Positions 12,810 to 25,943 of a stretch of 64,000 nt of DNA are shown here, piece after piece. This DNA is from Phoronis australis (lineage: Eukaryota > Animalia > Phoronida), in assembly GCA_002633005.1 (NCBI GenBank), contig NMRA01000054.1, positions 125,492 through 189,491 of the forward strand. Direction: 5' to 3'. The stretch's first letter is position 1, and each line of letters starts with the position of its first letter. The notes below the pieces were generated by a model. That model had not been told where the DNA came from and made no database searches. It saw only the letters and a program-made list of their open reading frames with translations. A program made the position numbers and the translations under genes.

Positions 12810-15490
12810 CAGAGGCGGATCTACGGGGGGGGTTCAGGGGGTTTAAACCCCCCCTTGGGCCAGGACCCAAAATTAAAAAAAAACAAAAACGTCGTCACCA
12901 AAACAAAAACGACACCACCAGCGTGTGTAAACCCCAAGTAAACCAACTTGGAAAAAAATGAGGGGGGGGGGGTTCACTCTGAAAAAAATAAATTTTTGAA
13001 TTGCAAATTGCTGTTATGAAAATCAACGCATTTTGAGTCTTCGTGGATCATCGGCAAAACGCGCGGAGATCAATTGTGGGCGCGCTTCCGTCGACACTTC
13101 TGAAGTTGCCAAGCATTTTAGATGGATTCACCGCTGAAAGAGCAGCTCTATAGCTGATTTCTTTAGATAACTAGCTTCTTTACTCTAAGATATAATTTGA
13201 TTTGATTAGGGGAAATACTGTGGTGCCGCAACCCTGATATTCAGGCAAATTGACGTGCAACGTTTTTACCTCATCTGTCATTCCATTATACCCTACACGT
13301 TTGTAACTCGAATTTGACTGGTGTATAGTAAAGTTGTCTTGCGCAATACATACAGTGTAGCCTACATGTACATGTAGTATTTTTGAAAAGAACTCGTTTT
13401 CCGAAGAATTACTATTGTCGCGGGCGCCGTGGTCTGGTCGCGGAACCGTTTGAAGATGCACTCTAACAAGCTATGTCTATACAAAAAATGACCAAGGGGG
13501 CACTCACATTGACAAAGTGACCGCATTCGCGAACAGTGTACAGTACCAGAAATTGCGGGGAGGCTGTATTTTTACAGCAAAGTCTTGAGGGACTCGTGCG
13601 ATGTTCAATAGGCCTCCTAAGGAGCTCTAGTTCCGACCTCAATACCTACCGTCTTTCTACCTGCAATAAGCACCACTGCTGTCTTCTATACTGGCAATTT
13701 CCGCAGAAATTCCCACCCGATGAAACGCCCATGACCATGGGCATTTATTTGATGTTAGTACTTGGGGTTTCAAGCGTTCAGACATTGGGACGTTTATTCC
13801 GAAAATGGCAAGAGATGCAAATAGGTCCTGGGATACATCGACTAGGTTTGAAGTAGTTCATGATGAACGGATCAAATTTAGTTGCGCATGTAAGTCTTTT
13901 GAATGGACTTGGCAACCTCAGGGGGTTTCATAGTGCCAATTGAGCTGCCAAACGACATTGTAGAGGCTTACAAGCTCATTGACACAGCAGTTGACGAAGT
14001 GCAAGCGTTGGGAACAAACATCAAAGATGCCTGGGTAGAATGGTTCCAAGACGAGCAAACCATTGGATCCCGCGATATACAGATTCCTCGGCAGTCCAGA
14101 CAACAGCAGAATAGGACTAACGTTCCTGGATACATACCCACGTAATAAGATATAATTCTACACAGTTTGTACATAATGTCGGTTTTTATGCTTGTATACA
14201 ATGAAAACGAAATAGAAATTATTTTTGGTCATGCCAAATTTACCCAATACAGCAGAGGGTCTACGAGTGCACAAAAACTGATTCTGGTTTGTATTTCCAC
14301 TTGGCTCTGTCTGCTTCATATCCAAAATTAATTTCACGTAGTGCGTAGTTAAATTTGTACTCAATACTTGTTTCTTCCAGTGAGTATTACAGAACGGTGC
14401 GAAAACCCTTCCTAGACAACCTCTCGCAGCAGTTGACGACCAAATGTATAAAATACACGTACATGTATGAGCAACCACTGGGAATTTAAAAGTGTCTAGA
14501 GAGAGGTTTTCAATTCAAAAGTTTTTGCATAGTACGCTTTAGGTCTCGCGAACTAGTCTTGTGATGTTTTTTTACCAAAGTGTGCTTTGTAAAACTATTC
14601 ATCTCAGCCAGAACTGTTTGGTCCCGCGACAGATCGACTATTTTTCTAGGGATAATAAGCACAGGTGTACTTTTGGTCTCGTGATGGACCAGGCGTTTTT
14701 GTGTACTCTCAGTGTACATCTGGTCCCTCTGCGAACTGGTCCTGATTATCTTTTCACCACGATGTACAGAATGTTTTGGTTTCGTGAAACTGTTTTCATA
14801 TGATTCGTTTCCAAATACATTTGACGTTTTTCAATTGTTGTCAACGTGATTCAGCTTAATAAAGTGATACTTAATTGTTTATTGTCGCTTTTAGTAATAT
14901 ACTATGTGTTGAGAGCACCATCGTTTGCCAGTTTTTCTCATAACGAGACAGAACACATGTTTATTTCGAGACTAACAGTACAGGTCTTTGTTCTTAAACA
15001 ACTTGAGGCTGCTGTTACGCGATCATCTGATATTCAATTTTTTACTCCCCGTCGGTGCTTCTTATGCTCTTGAATATTTGGTAGTTGGCTAAACCCACAC
15101 ACACACCACACCTTTTCATATACGACTTTTCGCATGCTAAAAAGGTGTGTATAAGCAGATGTTCCAACAAAAATTTTTGCTGGTGGCGCGACTCATACCC
15201 AGATGTGCACAAATATGGTTTCACGAAACTTATGAGCCACGTTCATGCGACGAAATCGAGAAGGATTTTAAATTATCTTAAGAAAAACTCAAGAGACATG
15301 TTAAGTGCCAGAAACTTACCAGGATGCATGGAAATTTCACTATTTGGCTACAAAAACAAAAAATTGTTTTACACGGAGGGGGGGAAACCCCCCCTCCCGA
15401 CCCCCCCCCCTCTCGGCGCCACGCGCCCAGGATTCGACCTTTGCGGGAATCCTAAACCCCCCCCTTACTGAAAACGTAGATCCGCCCCTG
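12810..15490 (+). mobile_element. Degenerate hAT transposon with 5-bp TSD (hAT5-like), 2.68 kb
   Basis: TIR cagaggcggatctacg / cgtagatccgcccctg (15/16). TSD TTCAG at 12805-12809 and 15491-15495. Transposase remnants: PTR*NA (TRW motif, ~13712), IPRQSRQQQNRTNVP (13903-14145) and LLPVG (~15045). Confidence 0.78.
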
Positions 15491-16246
15491 TTCAGTGACA
15501 TTAGAATGTTAAAATATCAACGGAATTTGATTCTCAACAGTTAACAGTCCTATATTTTCGTCATTTAGACCGCAAAAAAGTACAGTCTTAAGCCTACTCC
15601 GTAACAGGCAAACTTTCAGTCTTATCTTAGACCGTTGGTCTTAAGTTAGATCGATTTTAGTCTAAATTAAGACAAAAAAGCTTCATCGAAAGAGCCACAT
15701 TTACATTCCGCCAAGTGATCGTGTATTCAAAGAAAATTTCCACATATGTCTAGAGCACATTTTCTTGTAAAAATATTGAAGAGTATAGTTTGGTAGCAGC
15801 CCTTCGTTTACACAAACTTTGTTGAAAATACGACTGAACTTTTTGTTTGAAAGCTTGTTGCTGATTCGCTCGTAGTATCAAAACAATCTCCTCTCTTCAG
15901 GTGTGCAGCTATGTAGTCAAACACCGAGAGACGTAACAAACAAACAAATTAAAACACAAGCTATATTTCGAGATCGTGTGCCTCATCATCGGGCACTACG
16001 AGCGAATCAGTATCAAGTATTCAAACAAAAAGCTTAATCCTATTTTCAACGAAATATTGAGCACTACAGCTTTTACTTGTTTTAAAAGAAACCTGTTCAA
16101 TCGCAAAGTATTTACCGCAATAATGTCCGATTCAAACGGTTCCCGCGTCGATATGTTACTGCTAAAAACGTCAACGGAGTTTTGAAGTTGTTGTTTTGGT
16201 TTGAATTTTTTTTTCAGACAGCATAACAAAAATAAGATTCTCGAAT

Positions 16247-16296
16247 ATCATTACCATTATTATTATATTATTATTATTAGTATTAGTATTATTATT
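16247..16296. repeat. Imperfect (TAT)n microsatellite
   Basis: Directly visible. Confidence 0.85.
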
Positions 16297-16465
16297 CACT
16301 GCTTCATACAATAAGTAAGGCATAAATAATTTCCAAATTACAGTTTTGTTGTTCCGCAAAGTTATCTCCCCAATCTATGAACTGTAAGGTACTCCGTGCT
16401 ATTTTTTAATGAAAATGAAACTAGATGTGTTCATTGTTATCAAAATCGTAATGTAATTTGAATGA

Positions 16466-19431
16466 TCAACTGCTCCCGCCGCTGGAGTCTACACCGTAAA
16501 ATTCGTCGGCACGAACAAAGTCTTCCAGGCCAGTCTGGCGCACCACGGTAGTAGAACTTGAAGACGACGCAGTCCTTTCAACAACAGTTTGCGACTGGGT
16601 TCGGCGATCGTCTTCTCCGACACTGGATATTCGGTTCATGTAGTCCGTTCCATGTAGCGAGTCTAAGAAGACTTGATATGTGGTGTTGTCGTTTGGATCC
16701 AAGTCATCGCTTACCTCGCGCAGGGACAGATTCTGTACTGATGGTGAAGTGTCTCCCGAAATTGTTTCCATAATGAGTTCCCTTGTTTTTTCGGGTTCGG
16801 GAAAATTTGACAAATTGAAATCTCCAACAATAGCAGTACTAAGGGCTTCACCTTGTTGAATTACCTCTAGTTGACTGTGGGGTTGCGTATTCTGCAACTT
16901 CCCTCGAATAGTCCCAGTGCTGACCGTGGCGTTGTCTCCGGTTACCCACCACGGCTGACTACCAGCAATTGTCGACGGGGTAAAGGATGGCTCGGCAGTT
17001 AGTGTGTAGAAATCCTTTAGTGACTCGGCACTTCTGGACGTTATAACAGGCGTAGAAGAAGCATCTGACAGCACGCTGTCAATGTCAGCCAACAATTCCA
17101 AGTCTGGATCTACACTAGGCAGGACCGGTGAAGCACGAGCTTTGTCTGCATCCGCGAGTCGTTTTGCTAAGAACGACTTCTTCATGTTAATCGAAGACTT
17201 TGATTTAACACTTTGGGAATGTTGCGATACAGGACTTCTATCTCGCACGTCCGTTTTCGTTTTTTCTTCGCCATTCTTACTATTCGCCTTCATTGAAAGC
17301 GTAGCATAGTTACCTCTGCCGCACTCTCTGTCAGTGTAGTAATCGTCGGCTGGAATCTGTCTCGTCAGTTCCGAAGAAAATGTAACAGACTTAGTGGATT
17401 CCCCTTTGGAGTTTTTCTTTTTCGACCGTCGTGGTGCTGGAGCCTCGCGGAAATGATTTTTGTCTCCACTTGACATGCCGACAGACATAACCGAGTTGGG
17501 TGTATAGGAGCCACTGCCTAGTGAAACCTCGGATGCACTTGTCATCGGTATTTCAACTCGGCGGGTGGACGACAAAGCTAGGGATTTGCTTGTTAATTGA
17601 CTTCCCATTTGCGTTTTTTCAGGTACAACAGGCTTATTTGTTTGGTCTACCTTTGTGTCAAGCGGATCGTCAAACCACGTCATTAAGTCATCACGGGCAA
17701 TAGCAGATGAATTGCGTGAGGATTGGCTATCTGTCGACTGTCCGTCGAATAAGGCATCGCCATCACATTGAGGCCTGCTCTGGATTGAATCCGATACAGT
17801 CCTGGTCGTAGCCTTGACAGATATTGACGGCGAATCTTCTGTCTGCGGCAATCGCAGTGTCTTAATGCATGCTTGCATTTCTTGAACGAGAGCTCGGTAC
17901 GCCGAATTACCGGAGTGTTTCGCCTGTGTTTGCTCACACGAATTGGCCTGATTTTGGTTTTTTCTCGTTTTGTATGCTGCAGAAAGTTTCTTTGAATTTT
18001 TTGCATGAGCCAAAATTTTCCCCGATACATTTTTCGACTCAACCCCATGCGCTGATTTAAGTGGTGGTGCGCTGTTTTCTCGTTTCCGCCTTGCGCACCT
18101 CAGCTCCACAGGGGCTGACTTTTCAAATTTACCAATGAGAGAAGATATACTGTTTTGGGAACCAGAAGCAGATGCTTCAGTGGCACTTGATGATGTTGAT
18201 CGCAAGTCACTGATCGGAGAGAGATCTGTTCCGTCTCCAATGCGATAGCGATTGTTTTGGTTTTCATTCACTGCAGTTGGTTCGCTGCTACGGGACTCGA
18301 TTTTCGCCATTCTCTGAGGAGTTCTTTTTTGACACATTGCAGGCGCAACTATTTCGCGAGTTGTTTGCGTTTCCGCAGGAACGTTGTCAAAGACTATATC
18401 GTTGTCACCTCGTTCCAATCCTGTCATTTCACCAGAAAAGTCCAACTTGGTGCGAACGCCTTTGCGAGACGCATATGCTTTGGACATATTAGTTACATTC
18501 ACAGGACTTGCCTTCTCTGATTCCAGTGATTCCAAACGAAATGTGCGTGGCTTAAGTGTCGTGCTACTTTCTTGATGGTTTTCAAGCTGCTCAAAAAGAC
18601 TTAATCTGGCTGATGGTGCCGGTTTTGGCGGTGTTACTTGCTCATCTGCGGAGCTCACTTCGTCTTCGCTGGCCGGTGCTTTTGCCTTTCTGTACGCTTT
18701 GACGATAGGCGAATGTAAGTCCGCGCGACCCCGAGGACTATGCCATGCGCCTGTAGGGGGTTTTGTCCTGAGGTCGAAGTCAGAATGGTCCTCTCTGTGT
18801 TGGTAATATAACCGTGGTGCACTCTTGAACGTGTACTTAGAGATAGGTCCAGTCTCAGGGTAACTGTCAACTTCCGCTTCTATTTGCTCCGTAAAGAGGC
18901 AATTTGTGGGTACGTTTTCAGCGTATGTTTGGATACCAGGTATGACAGAGGATTTTTTGATACCCTGTGTTTGATTCCCCTGCGGGAGCTGTCCTTGGTC
19001 GTCGGGAAAACTCGAAGAAAGACGCTGATTTGCTCTTCGAGAACCAAAAGGCGGCGTGCTCTTCATATTTTGGTTTGCAACAGCGCTCACCACAGCCGAG
19101 GTTTTAGCATCTCGAGTTGCGTCGCTGTCACGAGGCGCAGGTGACACGACACACGTTTCAGTCGACGACGTGGCACACTGAGCATTACAATTGGCGGTAT
19201 AATTCAATATTCGCACAGGGGTTCCCTGCGTGGATTCGCTAGTCACTTTGAACGTGGACACATCTGTCTCGTCACTACCTGTCCGCTGATTTTGACTCTT
19301 GTTCTCGGTTTCGCCACTAGGTTGGGCCGGTGGAGGCGGGGGAGCATCCAATTTCTTTGTGTCGGCATTGGCATCTTGAACAAGTTGATGGACATCTTTC
19401 TGCACAGACCTTATTTTGCTGAAAATGCTTC
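16466..19431 (-). CDS. Terminal exon 14: Ser/Thr/Pro-rich disordered cytoplasmic tail
   Basis: Stop-free ORF of ~990 codons. Acceptor gtgttttag|GA, phase 1. Confidence 0.9.
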
Positions 19432-19682
19432 CTAAAACACACAACGGGATATTGCAACATCAAATATGAGGTTCTCAGAAAATTACGATTACTCGGTCGC
19501 CACTTATAAGTATGCTTAAAAGCATACATGTAATTCACGCCGATAAATTATTTGTGCCTCGTGTACATGAAATACGAAGGCGAAGTACATGTATAAAAAA
19601 TTTATCGCTGGGCAATAACGTTCTGAGGAAGCTGCATTGAAACATAAACTACGTTAGGCACTGTCACAAAAAGATGCATTAC

Positions 19683-19748
19683 CTATTTCTTTCACTGTCT
19701 CCTTGACCTCCGTATCTCCTGTTAAATTTTTCTTTGGGCTTTCAATGT
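19683..19748 (-). CDS. Exon 13 (DIESPKKNLTGDTEVKETVKEI)
   Basis: ttttcag acceptor, G|gtaatg donor, 66 nt, phase 1-1. Confidence 0.75.
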
Positions 19749-20206
19749 CTGAAAAACAGGCGGATGTTACGAGATAATTCATCGTCAAAGCGAGGGGAGG
19801 CTATAATATTCCGGCAGACGGGGGTCTCACTATTGACATTGTGCTTCTCGTTTTGTGTATAAAGGAAGATGGGATAATTTTTCGTTTCAAATTCTGCTGC
19901 AAACTCATAACTTTACTTCGTGTAATAACATAAATGTTTAGTAAATGATTAACCATTACACTAACGATTCTTAAACGTGGAAGACTTGAGAATAATGGGG
20001 GAGGCTCCTGTGGATCCTGTGATACATTCCGTGGACGCGAGAATCTTGCGAAAACTCAATACATCAAGAGATATCCCCATATATTACAGGCGAAATACGT
20101 GATCGCGTACAGTACGCTACCTCCGCGGGAGGAATTCTGCGTCTACAGAGCTCATAGCTGATGTTGCCATAAGACAACTGTAACGTTTATACTCTGTCGT
20201 GTACAT

Positions 20207-20444
20207 CATGCGCGCACCCAAGGGAGCTCGGGGGGCTCCTTCGAGCCCCCCCCCCATTTGGCGAAGTGGGCAAAAAGGTCCGCCTCGGAGAGACAAAAAG
20301 TCCGAGAAAATAAGCCATAAGTCCATTAAACAGGCGCAAACACGCAATTCACAATTTTAGTTCGCCCGCTTTTTTGTTACCAAAAGGTCCACAAAGTCAG
20401 GAATTCGAGCCCCCCCCCCATATTGAAGGCTGGGTGCGCGCATG
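20207..20444. mobile_element. hAT-type MITE, 238 bp, intronic
   Basis: Perfect 14-bp TIR CATGCGCGCACCCA with G/C-run subterminal motifs. The 8-bp flanks are GTGTACAT and GTGTATGT. Confidence 0.8.
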
Positions 20445-21972
20445 GTGTATGTCTCCGTTGTACTTATTCTCATTATCGAAAACTGTCCCTTGTGTTACTG
20501 CTAACTTATTTACGTCTTAATCCGACATAAGTTAACGTCACATGGAAAATGGGATTTATTTTTTCATATATTATAATGTTCAACTTCGCCGGGTCTGTTT
20601 AGTACTTTGTTGGCTGAAAACAAAAGTACATAAAATCTGAACGCTCTCTATTCGTGTTCTGGTTCAAGTTGCGAAGCTACCGAACCGGATGACGCAAACG
20701 CGGCTTAAGTATGACGCCATTCTGATCAAGCGCGTTCTTGATTCGTCATACCCTGCCGATAGATGGCTCCCAACGGACTGTAACAGTTCAGTTGCGAAAC
20801 GTTTGACATAAACTTCACTATCTTACTTCAATGCATATTAAGTCAGACGTGCAGTACGAAGAGCGAAACTACAAAAGTCAACTATTTGCAGAAGTTTTTG
20901 TCGTTTAGTTCTTGCTATTCATTAGAATAGTAAAGAGCATACAAATGCGTCTCTAAAGTAAAATAGTACAAAGTAAAACGATGGGAGTCGTTTTACTTTA
21001 TACTAATTTACTCTTCTTAACTCTTCACCGCATCCCAACAGCTATTTTATTCATCTTTAAAGTGGCATTAAATCCGTGTTTTCTGTAAAAAGAATTATTC
21101 AGGATATTTAGAGTTTTTACATTTGTCTCAAATTGGTCGTTCGTGAAAATGGGTGTGATTTCTGGGATTTTCCAGACCAAACTCATTAAAGTTCAGGTCA
21201 TGCAAGCGAACTATCAGTTCTCTCTGAGCCCAGCGATAACTTTAAAACTGATAATAAAACAAGACAAAGCCAATGTTTAACGGTGGGTACTGTACCTCAA
21301 AACCATTTGACAAAATCACGGATTTAACGCTGCCTCAAACAGCCGCTGACACCATAGCGAAACATTATTTCGCGATGGTTCAAGTTGAAGATTGTGAATT
21401 CAGCGACAACAGACCCGAATAATCACTTGGGTTGGTACTCCCAAGCCTTAAGTAACGTCATCGATTAATGACTCATTTTGAGAATGAATAAAATACTATC
21501 CATTTTAAAGCTGCACTTTGTCGTGTTTATCTCGAAGGAAAGTCTCAAGCACCTAATGTTGTTCATCGCGATAGAAGTCTGTTGCTGTTCTCTGAAGAAC
21601 ATCGACACGTTGCAGCGGTAACTGCGTTGGCCAACCTTAATATTGCCGGTTCACGGCTTATTCGACAATAATTCATGGTATAATGCCGGGCGTAGAAAGG
21701 TTATTAAACCACAAAGCGCTTGGTTTAAGAGATCAACATGTACGGTTCAACATGGCTAAAATGCAACTTTATCTACTCGACAGAACGTCTGGTGCTATTT
21801 GCTGAAAATCACTGGAACTGTATTTCAGCGACAAAAAGTGAAAAACGATCGAAATTTTCTAACAACTGATTCTATTTACAGAAACTGTTAAGCATATATC
21901 CTGCAGCTGTGTACGTCTAAAATAACGTTCGGCTGTCAACACCTTTGTTTTGAATGCAACCCCAATACATAC

Positions 21973-22058
21973 CATAAATTCTTTCAGGACTGCTGTCTAT
22001 TCCCGTGCTTTCATCCGTAATGTACAAGTCCTTGTACTCTCCAAATATCTTTTTTTGT
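21973..22058 (-). CDS. Exon 12: juxtamembrane cytoplasmic segment (KQKKIFGEYKDLYITDESTGIDSSPERIY)
   Basis: tcatcgcag acceptor, G|gtatgt donor, phase 2-1, which fits both neighbours. Confidence 0.75.
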
Positions 22059-22739
22059 CTGCGATGAGAAAGCGCCAAATGTTGAACATACATACCTGCA
22101 TTTAGGCCTATGTTTGTAAGCCACAAACAAAGTAGCCGACTTGCATAAAATGTAGAAAGTGTAGTGTGCACACATTAGAACAAATTATTAAGCATGATGT
22201 GTTTTCACCGTCAGTATCCCTTAATAAAATGTACAACCTTATTCGCTAGTAACTGTATACTACCCGTAAAACTGAAATAAACAAATCTTCGATACAGCCG
22301 CCCTATCATTTGATTTGCCCACTGAAAGCTAGGCCCCGTGTTAATTGGGCTCTGGCTGATAACGATGAACAGGAATAGGACTGGAAATGGGATTTTCGCC
22401 CTACTATTTCTCTGCAATAGGCACATTTAGGCGGAACAGCCCCCCCCCCCACGCTACCCACACGACCCAAAAATAACAAGCGTCGCCGGCATGCTCATTT
22501 TGTGGAACATTTTACTTCGGAAGTTGCTGCGCCCGCGACGTCCTAGATCCGCCAGAGTTCTCGGGAACAAAAATTTTGCTGAAGTTAAAGTTGAATTTCG
22601 CCCTGTTACGCTGGTTTAAAACGTAATCGAATTACGTCTTTCAATTTTAAATGTATGAAAAGGGTTTCAAATTGTTCTCTCCTTGATCGGACTTACATGC
22701 ATTTTCTATTATCATGAAGAAAATACAAAGTACTCCCCA

Positions 22740-24269
22740 TAGTCGGTGGGCCAGATTTTGTAGGGCCTCTAGAAAATGGTTTTTGTGAGTACTTTAGGGG
22801 GGCAATTTTATTTTGGTATTTTTTAATTCATTTATCAGTGTTTTCAAAATCTAAAAAGTTCCCACATATAAAGTTGCACATTTTTGAGAAATTTGAGTTT
22901 GAAGTTACCTAATAATCACCAAAGAGCTTAGTAAACTTATATTTGTAAAAACAACAGTTTTGGTGACTTTTTTGTAAAACAAGTAATATGGTCCCATCAC
23001 TGTCATTGTATTGAACAATATTACACTCACATTACATATTTCACTATTGTAAATTAATTGTAAACAGTGAAATTTAAAAAACGTAAAGAGACACCTAGTG
23101 GCAAAAATGCAAACTAAGTCTAAATGTTACTAGGAAGTTATTCTGGCATTGTCAGGCAACAAAAATAACACAAAACACTTGAGACTGGGCAAAATTTGTG
23201 CCTCAATGACTAAAATATTGACTAATGGTGTAAAATACAGCTTGTTTGCATAATACACCAGAAATAGGTTATAGTACAAAAACAATATAGTTGAATGATC
23301 TCTGTGAATGTGCACAAAGACTGTATGAAAATACTAGATTATTCTGACAGAGTTTATCAAGCAGTATGAGACAAATACATGACAATGATCAAAGTATGTA
23401 CTTTCTATGACTTAACAAATAAAATTAACTTTTTAATACAAAAAAGGAAATAACGGGGTTGGAAGTCTATTTAGGGTTGACTTGTCAAAGAACTATGCAA
23501 TGTTATGCAGTCAGTGTTGCTGATGTTACTACAGTTGTCACAGCTGCACATTTCTGTACAGTTTGACCCAGCATTGCAGCACAAACTCAGTTTCCCAGCA
23601 CACATGTTCTTTTTGCACTTGCAGCGTTCATCGTTTAGTACTGTCAATGGAGATGNNNNNNNNNNNNNNNNNNNNNNNNNNNNNNNNNNNNNNNNNNNNN
23701 NNNNNNNNNNNNNNNNNNNNNNNNNNNNCTATGCCGTTCTATGTCCTTTCAATTTTTTGGTCTGACACTTGGTCTTCTAGTCTACAGCACTCAGCAGTAT
23801 ACTGTGTAGGCTACCAGGACATGCAGCTGTTTTCTGCACAAACGTTTGTGACACCTCTTCTTCTTTTTGATCTACTGATCTACAGAGTTCCACAGTCAAT
23901 CAGCTTTCGTCAGGAAGCTTTCCTAAGCTTCTTTAGGCTCTGACATCACAATTTTGTGCTGTTTGATAAATCTTGAATTATACAGGCATCACACTCCATG
24001 GGAGCAGCCATATTGAAGTAACTAAGCACAACAATACAATCTGGGTCTCTGATTGGTCAATTCACTAGAAAAGCGCCATCAAGTGGCAGGAATGTGCATC
24101 ATATTTTGTGCAACAAAAACACCTTTTTTTTAAAAAATGTACAAGTGTAGACGTGGGAACTTTTTGGAATTTGATTTATAGGTATATTATCTAGCCACAT
24201 AGAAAAAACTAGGTTGCCCCCCCAAAGTACTCACAAGGATGAACGCTATGAGATCTGGCCCACCGACTA
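22740..24269 (-). mobile_element. Non-autonomous Academ-like DNA transposon, 1.53 kb
   Basis: Perfect 17-bp TIR TAGTCGGTGGGCCAGAT and 3-bp TSD CCA. Minus-strand Cys-rich transposase C-terminus CKCKKNMCAGKLSLCCNAGSNCTEMCSCDNCSN at ~23525-23623. A second copy starts at 63711. Confidence 0.85.
23656..23728. other. Assembly gap (N run)
   Basis: Run of n. Confidence 0.99.
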
Positions 24270-24679
24270 CCACAGTCCAAGACACGTATCGAAAAATTGC
24301 CGACTTTTAATTAAAATTGCGTTTGGCCAACGCTGAAATTCGAAAAGGGCGCACAAAAACTTACATTGAACACTGAAGATCAATTATTTGACGCAACAGT
24401 GACCAGTTCCCGTGAGTGCATTGCAGATCCAGATGTTGCTTTTCGGTTAAGAACGCGAAATATGTTTAAAGTGACGGCTTCACAGGGACAAATGCAGCTT
24501 TGAATGCCTACGGAGGAAACGACTTATCGCCACACAGGTTCATTATATTTCTTATAAGGAAAGTTATTAAAATTTGAAAACAAATTGTTCAGTATAGCTG
24601 AAAGGTATTTTGAATCATTAGTCGTTTCTTGAACAAAAATTAGCTATTCTTTACACTAGAACTATAACGCTGTGACCAG

Positions 24680-25080
24680 GGCCCGGTCTCTAATCTTTGT
24701 ACTCGAAACGAACTCGAAACTATTTTTGGCAATTTCTCTGCTCCTTTTGTGCGAACTTAAGATAATTGGTTATCAGACTGTGCTCGAATACATTATAGTT
24801 TATGCATAGGAGTTTCTAGTTCAAGTATGCCCTTGAAGACCCTTATATTCGTGCTACAAACTCGAGTAAAAACTCGAAATTTCGAGTTCAAACTCGAACT
24901 TGTTGCTTTAATATTGGGTTTACAAACTGTGAACTAAGGGCAATAAATTATCCACGTAAGTTATTGTGTACTCGAGCATAGAATAATAGACACTTATCTT
25001 GAGTTCGCCCAAAAGTAGAGTACAAAATGCCAAACCAAATTTCGAGTTCCATTTCGAGTAAAAAGATTGGAGACCGGGCC
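24680..25080 (+). mobile_element. PIF/Harbinger-like MITE, 401 bp, intact
   Basis: TIR GGCCCGGTCTC(T/C)AATCTTT extending ~45 bp, with many CTCGAA subrepeats. TSD CAG at 24677-24679 and 25081-25083, in the context gac-CAG-gtc. Confidence 0.92.
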
Positions 25081-25541
25081 CAGGTCGCACAACGCAAACA
25101 CTATGTTTGTGTGGCTGGGCTGCTGTATCCCGGCTGTATTAATTACTATCTGTTTTGACGTAAATTCTCACGCAGACCTGACTGCGCTAGACACGTTACG
25201 TCGCTGATTACATGTAACTGCTGCGATTTAACATTTTAAATTTCTCTTTGTTGCGCAGTTGTTGTGCGGAGACCTGCATCTACTAGGACGTCTCGACACT
25301 TTGTGAAGAACCATTTCAAGACGGTGTGTTGCAAAGAAAACGCTCAATGCGAACAGGACTTTATTTGTAACGTGCATGACTCAATTGAAATTTGAAAAAA
25401 CGTCATTCCTCGGGCTATACTTTTTAATAAACAAGTCATTCGAATGGAATGTCATTTTAAAGTGTAGAGTCCAATTGTTCATACAATCGCCATAAAAGGG
25501 TTGTTTTAAAAGCACGACAATAAAACACACAGGCTGCTTAC

Positions 25542-25635
25542 TTTGCACGCAGAAACAGACAAATGGCGATGCACACTAGAATCAATACGATTGATACAAC
25601 AACGATACCCAAAACGGCCCAGAATAGTGTTTGAT
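25542..25635 (-). CDS. Exon 11: transmembrane helix (NQTLFWAVLGIVVVSIVLILVCIAICLFLRAK)
   Basis: ctattccag acceptor, AA|gtaagc donor, phase 1-2. Hydrophobic run followed by basic residues. Not in the ORF track. Confidence 0.85.
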
Positions 25636-25943
25636 CTGGAATAGAAATATGATCAAGGATCTAAAGCGTTCAAACAATAACTTAGGGTTGCACTTCTTGT
25701 CTGATAGCTTCTATGGTCCGTGAATAGAGTTACAATGCCGCCGTATGGCGTGTACTTGGTATCTCGTCTCTATTCAATTCAATTTTTGCTTGAAGTCGTG
25801 AACTTTCCATAGTTATATTTTACATGGTTACTACACACAGCAATGAGTACTAACGAGTAAACTGTTTTCGTTTTTAGTAATCTACGTTACGTCTTTAAAC
25901 ATGATGATCAGTCGATACAAAAAAAAACAAAAGACACTCTTAC

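Noticed and set aside
20117-20180. MATSAMSSVDAEFLPRR as first exon of the ~990-codon ORF
   Set aside because: The donor would be phase 2 while exon 13 needs phase 1, and the ORF extends into a MITE.
25780-25830. Short terminal exon making the TSP1/Ig/EGF protein secreted
   Set aside because: The acceptor is weak and the TM exon at 25542-25635 fits better. It is possible only as a minor isoform.
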